NCBI GenBank assembly: GCA_022360875.1
Contig: JAKSBZ010000165.1
Location: 4,395-68,394, forward strand
DNA from: Cytophagales bacterium
GTDB taxonomy: Bacteria > Bacteroidota > Bacteroidia > Cytophagales > Cyclobacteriaceae
Length of the DNA stretch: 64,000 bases
Direction of reading: 5' to 3'
Below are positions 58,175 to 64,000 of this stretch, piece after piece; position 1 is the first letter of the stretch; every line of letters begins with the position of its first letter. The notes beneath the pieces were generated by a model that saw nothing but the letters and a program-made list of their open reading frames with translations, was not told where the DNA came from and did not search any database. A program made the translations under genes and the position numbers.

Positions 58175-59047
58175 ATGAAAAAACCTTTACTATTCAAGAT
58201 ACCGACATCCGAAAAAGAATCCTTTCGGGTGCAGCTTGACGATCAAGCCTATTTTTACGACCCTTTGCACTTTCATCCTGAACTGCAGCTTACCTATATT
58301 GTAGAAGGGACAGGCACCTTTTTTATTGGCGACCATATTCAAAATTTTAAGGCAGGAGATGTCATACTGATAGGCTCGAATCTGACACATGTTTTCAGAA
58401 ACGAAAAGGCCTATTATGAAGAGGGATCGACGCTCCGGGCAAAAGCCATTTCGGTTTTTTTTACGGAGACTTCTTTCGGAGAAAAATTTTTCTCGCTTCC
58501 GGAAGCTTATTTAATCAAAAGGCTGCTGCAAAAATCCGTGCGCGGCTTGATGTTCAAAAAAGTTGCCCGCCAGAAAATTGCTTCAAAAATGCGCGTGCTC
58601 TATCAGAAAGAGGGATTCGACCGCATGCTCTATTTTCTGGAATTGCTGCAGGAAATGGCACGGACTGAAGACATTGAATTTTTATCGAGCATAGGCTATT
58701 CACGCTACCTGCGCGAATCTGACAGCAAAAAAATCAACGACGTGTTCGAATTTGTCCTGGCCAATTTTTCCAAGCCTATAAAACTGCAGGAAGTTGCCGA
58801 TATCGCCAACATGAGCGTTACTTCTTTCTGCCGCTATTTCAAACTGCGCACACGAAAAACTTTTTCACTTTTCCTCAACGAAATTCGCGTAGGCCACGCC
58901 TGCAAGCTCCTGAAGGAAAACCAGTTCAATATTTCGGAGATTTGCTACGAATGCGGCTTCAACAACATATCGAACTTCAACAGGCAGTTTAAAGCCATTA
59001 CGGACTTTACGCCTACTGAATACAAGAAAAGATACACCAACAACTAA
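58175..59047 (+). CDS. AraC-family transcriptional regulator (cupin sensor + HTH)
   Basis: 290 aa. N-terminal cupin-like HFHPELQLTYIVEGTG, and a C-terminal AraC HTH ISEICYECGFNNISNFNRQFKAITDFTPTEYKK. It is divergent from the hydroxyproline genes. Confidence 0.85.
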   Translation: MKKPLLFKIPTSEKESFRVQLDDQAYFYDPLHFHPELQLTYIVEGTGTFFIGDHIQNFKAGDVILIGSNLTHVFRNEKAYYEEGSTLRAKAISVFFTETSFGEKFFSLPEAYLIKRLLQKSVRGLMFKKVARQKIASKMRVLYQKEGFDRMLYFLELLQEMARTEDIEFLSSIGYSRYLRESDSKKINDVFEFVLANFSKPIKLQEVADIANMSVTSFCRYFKLRTRKTFSLFLNEIRVGHACKLLKENQFNISEICYECGFNNISNFNRQFKAITDFTPTEYKKRYTNN

Positions 59048-59086
59048 ACCGACTGCCTATACGAGCTAATGCTACTAAAACACAAC

Positions 59087-59114
59087 AAGAGGGTAAACGC
59101 CCTCTTATTTTTTG
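59087..59114 (+). terminator. Intrinsic terminator after the AraC gene
   Basis: AAGAGGG-taaacg-CCCTCTT followed by ATTTTTTG. It overlaps the stop of the convergent transporter gene. Confidence 0.7.
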
Positions 59115-60022
59115 CTAACCAACAAAAGCCCGCCAAAAATAACCGCCATACCCGCAAAGTGCTGTACCGATAATATTTCACCGTCCCAAACGCCCCATAT
59201 TACCGCAACAATCGGTATCAGATAAGTTACAGAACTTGAAAAAACCGGCCCGGCCAACTGCAGCAGCTTGTTGAACAATACAAGCGCCATGGCCGTGCCC
59301 ACAATGCCCAGAATAGCCAAAAAACCCAGAGCAGTCAACGCCTCCTGACCGGCGGCTGAAAAGTGAGTTGCAAAATCGGTAGCTCCGAACAGATAGCCAA
59401 CGGCAAAAGGAAGAACGCTCCCCAATGCAAAAGCAGTGATAACAAGCGGTCTAAGACCTTCGAGATAATATTTGAGAATGTTGGCCTGAATGCCATAACA
59501 AAGAGTAGCCAGCACAATAAGCAACGCATACAAATTGACACCCGACAAACTGCCGCCGCTGCCGGCGAAAATCAAAAGCGCCGAGCCGACGAAACCAATG
59601 AGAATTCCCAGAAACTGGTTGCGGGTCACTCTGGCCCTAAAAAACCACAACCCCATTAAGATTACGAACAAAGGCGTAAGCCCGTTAAGCACTCCGGCAA
59701 GAGCGCTGTAAATATGCTGCTGGGCTGTCGCGAAAAGAAAAGCGGGAATCAAACTCCCAAGCAACCCCACTGCCAGCAAGGGTTTAGCATGTTTTAAATA
59801 TTCAGAAGAAAACTTCCTTATCGTCACAGGCAGCAGCACTCCTCCCGCAAAGATTACCCGAAGCGACGCCACTTCCTCCGGCGTATACACCTGCAGCGCT
59901 TTCTTCATGAGGATAAACGAACTTCCCCAAATCAGAGACAAAAATGCCAAAAGCAGCCAGGGAAGCGCTGCTTTCATTAAAGATTCTTGCTTCAGCTCAA
60001 GGCTGGCCGTCTTTTTAGTCAT
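59105..60022 (-). CDS. DMT superfamily (EamA-type) transporter
   Basis: ORF 59105..60082; the start is taken at MTKKTASL (60022), with MKAALPWLLL (59977) as an alternative. Ten hydrophobic segments and the LIWGSSF signature. Confidence 0.7.
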   Translation of the reverse strand: MTKKTASLELKQESLMKAALPWLLLAFLSLIWGSSFILMKKALQVYTPEEVASLRVIFAGGVLLPVTIRKFSSEYLKHAKPLLAVGLLGSLIPAFLFATAQQHIYSALAGVLNGLTPLFVILMGLWFFRARVTRNQFLGILIGFVGSALLIFAGSGGSLSGVNLYALLIVLATLCYGIQANILKYYLEGLRPLVITAFALGSVLPFAVGYLFGATDFATHFSAAGQEALTALGFLAILGIVGTAMALVLFNKLLQLAGPVFSSSVTYLIPIVAVIWGVWDGEILSVQHFAGMAVIFGGLLLVSKK

Positions 60023-61022
60023 GTTTGATTGTTTCCTGATAGTGCTCGGCAAACTTGTCAACAACGCCGTCCAATAGATCAAAAACCTCTGCCGGCTCCA
60101 AGGACTGCACTAGCTTCATGCGGGTTGGTTTAAAATCCCTGATGCCTTTGAAGTAATTTGTGTAATGTCTGCGCATTTCCAGCATTCCCTGCCTTTCGCC
60201 TTTCCATTCAATCGAAAACTGCAAATGCTCTTTCGCCACGTCCACTCGCTCCTGCAAAGTCGGCGGCGGCAGCAATTCGCCGGTTTTCATGAAATGCTTG
60301 ACTTCCCGGAAAATCCACGGATAACCAATGGCCGCCCGGCCTATCATAATCCCGTCCACTCCGTACTTCTGTCTGTACTCCATCGCTTTCTGCGGGCTGT
60401 CGATATCGCCGTTGCCGATGATGGGAATGTGAATGTCCGGATGATGCTTCACTTCGGCGATCTTCGTCCAGTCGGCAACTCCTTTGTACATTTGCTTGCG
60501 CGTCCGTCCGTGAATAGTCAGCGCCTGAATGCCGACATCCTGCAAGCGCTTGGCCGCCTCCAGAATTTTGATACTGTTTTCATCCCATCCCAATCGGGTT
60601 TTCACCGTCACGGGCAGGTTTACCTGCTTGACAATCTCTTCGGTCATTTTCTGCATCTTGGGCAGATCCTGCAGAATACCTGCTCCCGCGCCTTTGCCCG
60701 CTACTTTTTTGACCGGGCATCCGTAGTTGATGTCGATCAGCTCCGGGCCCGCCTGCTCGGCAATTGCCGCGGCCTCTCTCATCGATTCGATTTTGTCACC
60801 GAATATCTGAATGCCAATAGGCCGTTCGTAATCGAAAATGTCCAGTTTCTGAAGGCTCTTGGCCGCGTCGCGGATGAGTCCTTCAGCCGAGATAAACTCG
60901 GTATACATCAGATCCGCCCCGTTCTTTTTGCATACCGCCCGAAACGGCGGATCGCTTACATCCTCCATAGGAGCCAATAACAATGGAAATTCATCAAACA
61001 CAATATCACCAAACTTTACCAA
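60015..61022 (-). CDS. dusB: tRNA-dihydrouridine synthase
   Basis: 335 aa starting at TTG. LLLAPMEDVSDPPFR, DINYGCPVKKV and TIHGRTR motifs of the Dus family. Confidence 0.85.
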   Translation of the reverse strand: MVKFGDIVFDEFPLLLAPMEDVSDPPFRAVCKKNGADLMYTEFISAEGLIRDAAKSLQKLDIFDYERPIGIQIFGDKIESMREAAAIAEQAGPELIDINYGCPVKKVAGKGAGAGILQDLPKMQKMTEEIVKQVNLPVTVKTRLGWDENSIKILEAAKRLQDVGIQALTIHGRTRKQMYKGVADWTKIAEVKHHPDIHIPIIGNGDIDSPQKAMEYRQKYGVDGIMIGRAAIGYPWIFREVKHFMKTGELLPPPTLQERVDVAKEHLQFSIEWKGERQGMLEMRRHYTNYFKGIRDFKPTRMKLVQSLEPAEVFDLLDGVVDKFAEHYQETIKHD

Positions 61023-61188
61023 AGCTATCTATCTTTAATTAATATGACTTATATTCGAGTTTTCTAACGACTGTGCCGTTTAATTATTTCATAAAAAAAT
61101 TCGATTAGGCACACAGTGCCAAAACCGAACGAGAGACCTCTCCCGCAAACGGCAACCCAGTCAGACATAACCCATTTAAGAACAAATC

Positions 61189-62145
61189 ATGTCTATAAAA
61201 TCGAGCAAAAATAAGGTATTCCTAACTGTTTTTTCTGATTTCCCGCAATTTATTTCCCCCTTTATGTTTCTAATCGGGGGAATGTTATTCGTAGGACCGG
61301 TTGTCGGAATGCTGGCAGCGCTCCCGTTTCTTCCTCACAACTTGGAAGCCATCAAACACTTTTTACTAACTCCAACACAAAAGCCTGTCTACAAAAACGC
61401 ATTCCTTATCCTTCAGGCAGGCAACTCGCTGGGCTGGCTAATACTCACTCCCTGGCTCTATCTGCGGGTCGTCAAGAAAACAAGCTTACGCTCGTGCTTC
61501 AAGCGCTTCGCGCCGCTGCCCCGCCCGCTGCTCCTCACGTTCATTCTCGGCATCATGGTCATGATCGTCAACTCGCCAGTAATCGAGTGGAACAAGCAAG
61601 TGCACTTTCCCGAATTTATGTCGGGCTTCGAGCAATGGGCCCGCGCACAGGAAAACATGCTTGCCAGAGTAACCGAACTCCTTACCCAGTTCGACTCGTT
61701 CGGTCAGTTCATTCTGGCCTTTGCCGTCATCTCCCTCATAGCAGGCTTCGCCGAAGAATTCTTTTTCCGAGGCGTTCTCCAGAAACATCTCCAGCAGTAC
61801 TTCAATCCGCACGCAGCCATCTGGACAACCGCCATCTTATTCAGCGCCATTCACTTGCAGTTTTTCGGCTTCGTTCCGCGCATGCTATTAGGTGCTTTCT
61901 TCGGATATCTTTATTACTATTCAGGCTCGCTCTTTTACCCAATGTTTGCCCATGCACTCAACAACGGCGCCTCGGTTTTCTTTGTCTATATGATCCAACA
62001 GTCCGGCAATCCGCAACCCGCAGCTGAAGAGCCTTCATTCCCTCTGTATGCAAGCGCACTCGCCTTCTTTTCTGTCATTATCCTGTTTTTTTATTATAAA
62101 AAATACTGGACAGAACTTATGGTAAGGACAGAAAAAAATATTTAA
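61189..62145 (+). CDS. CPBP-family intramembrane glutamic endopeptidase (CAAX protease/Abi-like)
   Basis: 318 aa, polytopic. Motif 1 is AGFAEEFFFRGVL, motif 2 is FSAIHL and motif 3 is FAHALNN. Confidence 0.8.
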   Translation: MSIKSSKNKVFLTVFSDFPQFISPFMFLIGGMLFVGPVVGMLAALPFLPHNLEAIKHFLLTPTQKPVYKNAFLILQAGNSLGWLILTPWLYLRVVKKTSLRSCFKRFAPLPRPLLLTFILGIMVMIVNSPVIEWNKQVHFPEFMSGFEQWARAQENMLARVTELLTQFDSFGQFILAFAVISLIAGFAEEFFFRGVLQKHLQQYFNPHAAIWTTAILFSAIHLQFFGFVPRMLLGAFFGYLYYYSGSLFYPMFAHALNNGASVFFVYMIQQSGNPQPAAEEPSFPLYASALAFFSVIILFFYYKKYWTELMVRTEKNI

Positions 62146-62244
62146 ATTGAACAAATCATAAAGAAACAGCCCATCGGGCTTTCTTTTTTCTTTCCGCATC
62201 CTGGTGTCTCCACGGATGCTTTTTTTTCACTTAATATCACTGCC

Positions 62245-63051
62245 ATGAAAGAGCTCTCTGTCCAGCCCCTGGAAAACACTCCCGTAAAAGAAATCGCAGC
62301 ATGTTTTACCCAAGCCTTCGAAAATTATTTTTTCCATGTAGACATGACCGAAAAAGTGCTATGTGAAAAGATTCTCCACGAGCAAATTTCGCTGAAAGAC
62401 TCCATGGGATGTTTTCACGGTGAAGAGCTTGTCGGTTTTACGCTAACTGCGGTTTACCGAGACAAGGCCTACAATGCAGGAACGGGCGTGCTCCAGGAGT
62501 TCCAAAGACACGGCATCAGCTTTCTGCTGTTCAAAGCGCTTAAGCCGCACCTGAAAAAGCTGGGCGTAAAGCACTACCAGCTGGAAGTTATCGACGAAAA
62601 CTTTCCGGCGGTTCGGGCTTATAAAAAGCAGGGACTCCACATCGACCGGACGCTCCTTTGCTACAAAGGCATTTTCTCAGCAAAATCCCCAAAGCCCAAC
62701 GGGAAAAAAAACGAGTCCTCTTCTGCTCCTTCTCTGCCCTTGGTAGGAAAACCTAGCTGGCAAAACAATCCGGAAACATCGCGCAAGCCTGGTTTTAACC
62801 TGAACAGTTCTAACGGAAAACACACGCTGGGCTGCTCGTCCGGCCGTATTCACTATCTTGCCTCCAGCGATCCCCGCCAGTTCGCCGACGCCCATTCCGA
62901 ACTGTCTGCCATGCTCGGATCCATTTCCCAAAACGGTGAGTGGCTGGCCACAAATGTCGGCGAAGAAAACGAGCAACTAATCAAATTTTTAGAAAACAAC
63001 CAATTCCGCATTTTCACCAAACAATACGAAATGAGCTGCAAAATCCAATAG
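62245..63051 (+). CDS. GNAT-family N-acetyltransferase with C-terminal extension
   Basis: 268 aa. Acetyl-CoA binding-type segment GVLQEFQRHGISFLLFKAL...AVRAYKKQGL. Confidence 0.6.
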   Translation: MKELSVQPLENTPVKEIAACFTQAFENYFFHVDMTEKVLCEKILHEQISLKDSMGCFHGEELVGFTLTAVYRDKAYNAGTGVLQEFQRHGISFLLFKALKPHLKKLGVKHYQLEVIDENFPAVRAYKKQGLHIDRTLLCYKGIFSAKSPKPNGKKNESSSAPSLPLVGKPSWQNNPETSRKPGFNLNSSNGKHTLGCSSGRIHYLASSDPRQFADAHSELSAMLGSISQNGEWLATNVGEENEQLIKFLENNQFRIFTKQYEMSCKIQ

Positions 63052-63225
63052 TGTCCAGTATTGTATGAATATCAGCTATCAGGTGTCCGATTTCAGAACA
63101 AATTTTTGATTACGCCCTTTCTCAGCCTCGCAACCAATTGATTTACAGCTGATTGTATTTTTTGGTTTGAGTTTGGTATCTCCATAGTCAAAAGTATTTG
63201 ACTTAAATTATCAAACACCATAACA

Positions 63226-63561
63226 ATGAAATCGACAAACCAAAAAGTAAATGTATTAGTCTTTGTCCTCAGCCTGATTGGCGTATTTTTTCTTAGCAGC
63301 CAGCTTGCTGCTCAGCCGACAGACAAGCAAAAAAAGAAAGTCAAGAAAACGGAACAGACTTGCAATACAGAAGAAGCAAAAGCGGATTCACTGATGCTGG
63401 ATTTAGCATCCGAACTCGATATGGAAGAAAAATATTTTGTACTCAATGATAATCTTGAAGTTGTTTTTGAAGGCAGCCAGAAAGAGTTTCAGAAAAAATA
63501 CAACTCGCAGTCAGTTGACCTGCTTCTTAAAACGGACAACGAGCACTACTATGTGCTATAG
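63226..63561 (+). CDS. Small secreted hypothetical protein
   Basis: 111 aa with a signal peptide (VLVFVLSLIGVFFLSSQLAAQ) and an acidic/lysine-rich mature part. Confidence 0.5.
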   Translation: MKSTNQKVNVLVFVLSLIGVFFLSSQLAAQPTDKQKKKVKKTEQTCNTEEAKADSLMLDLASELDMEEKYFVLNDNLEVVFEGSQKEFQKKYNSQSVDLLLKTDNEHYYVL

Positions 63562-63587
63562 CTTAAAATAAATCCTCCTTTGAATAA

Positions 63588-63625
63588 GGCTGTTCTACTC
63601 GAATTGAAGGAACAGTCTTTTTTTG
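63588..63625 (+). terminator. Putative intrinsic terminator
   Basis: GGCTGTTC-(14 nt)-GAACAGTC followed by T7. Confidence 0.5.
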
Positions 63626-63748
63626 TTTTTAAAGCAATACTTTTCTCGCCCCCGCTTTCATTTCGGAACACACCTAAGTTGAGCAGGACTGCGGCTCATC
63701 CTTTTGCATTCCGATCCCTGCAACACACAGCCTGTGCAAATATTTAAG

Positions 63749-63783
63749 CAAAAAAAAGAGGCTGTTCTTTTGAAACAACCTCT
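63749..63783 (-). terminator. Intrinsic terminator downstream of the tRNA cluster
   Basis: On the minus strand: AGAGGTTGTT-tcaaaag-AACAGCCTCT followed by T8, starting 8 nt after the tRNA-Lys 3' end. Confidence 0.75.
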
Positions 63784-63790
63784 AAAGCTG

Positions 63791-63863
63791 TGATTCGGCT
63801 GGGGCTCGAACCCAGGACCCTCTCCTTAAAAGGGAGATGCTCTACCAACTGAGCTACCGAATC
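63791..63863 (-). tRNA. tRNA-Lys (anticodon UUU)
   Basis: Folded by hand into a 73-nt cloverleaf. Acceptor GATTCGG/CCGAATC. D arm GCTC-AGTTGGTA-GAGC. Anticodon arm TCTCC-CTTTTAA-GGAGA. T arm CTGGG-TTCGAGC-CCCAG. CCA is not encoded. Confidence 0.95.
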
Positions 63864-63902
63864 AACACTGTTTTACCCTTACGGACTTCTCCGAAATATT
63901 CG

Positions 63903-63977
63903 TGGGGCCTACTGGATTCGAACCAGTGACCCTCTGCTTGTAAGGCAGATGCTCTGAACCAACTGAGCTAAGGCCCC
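63903..63977 (-). tRNA. tRNA-Val (anticodon UAC)
   Basis: 75-nt cloverleaf. Acceptor GGGGCCT/AGGCCCC. Anticodon arm TCTGC-CTTACAA-GCAGA. T arm ACTGG-TTCGAAT-CCAGT. Confidence 0.95.
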
Positions 63978-63987
63978 GATTATATCG

Positions 63988-64000
63988 TGATTCGGCTGGG
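63988..64000 (-). tRNA. 3' end of a second tRNA-Lys copy (truncated by the window edge)
   Basis: TGATTCGGCTGGG is identical to the first 13 nt (plus-strand view) of the tRNA-Lys at 63791. Confidence 0.6.

Noticed and set aside
1-64000. Search for CRISPR arrays, IS elements, integrases, prophage, toxin-antitoxin pairs or known defence-system gene sets.
   Set aside because: None seen. There are no regularly spaced direct repeats, no transposase-, integrase- or recombinase-like ORF, and no terminal inverted repeats flanking any segment. The only extensive repeats are the in-frame modules of the giant surface protein gene.

Overview
This 64-kb window looks like core chromosome from a Bacteroidota genome, probably Cytophagia, Sphingobacteriia or Flavobacteriia. 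The assignment rests on a porU-porV type IX secretion (T9SS) pair, T9SS C-terminal sorting domains and short leaders with TAnnTTTG-like -7 motifs. I saw no transposase, integrase, CRISPR array, rRNA or recognisable defence system. About 45 genes are supportable. They include housekeeping genes (pssA, ribE, ribD, dusB, a PpiD-like PPIase, AsmA) and two divergent Na/Pi cotransporters. A complete hydroxyproline catabolic island sits with Pro-specific peptidases at 50.1-59.0 kb, and a tRNA Lys-Val-Lys cluster lies at the right edge. Seven things merit a second look:

- A 2132-aa T9SS cargo built from five ~360-aa tandem GLUG-type modules.
- A dense cluster of eight DnaA boxes between two convergent gene ends.
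- A 1094-aa Omp85-type barrel fused to a PD40 propeller instead of POTRA domains.
- Two paralogous TM-HAMP-GAF(-PAS) sensors with no output domain.
- A 17-nt poly(A) tract inside a peptidoglycan hydrolase gene.
- A structured, terminator-containing region upstream of an arginase-family gene.
- A glycosyltransferase next to a cryptic kinase-fold protein.

All product calls come from motifs read by eye in the supplied translations. No database search was run.
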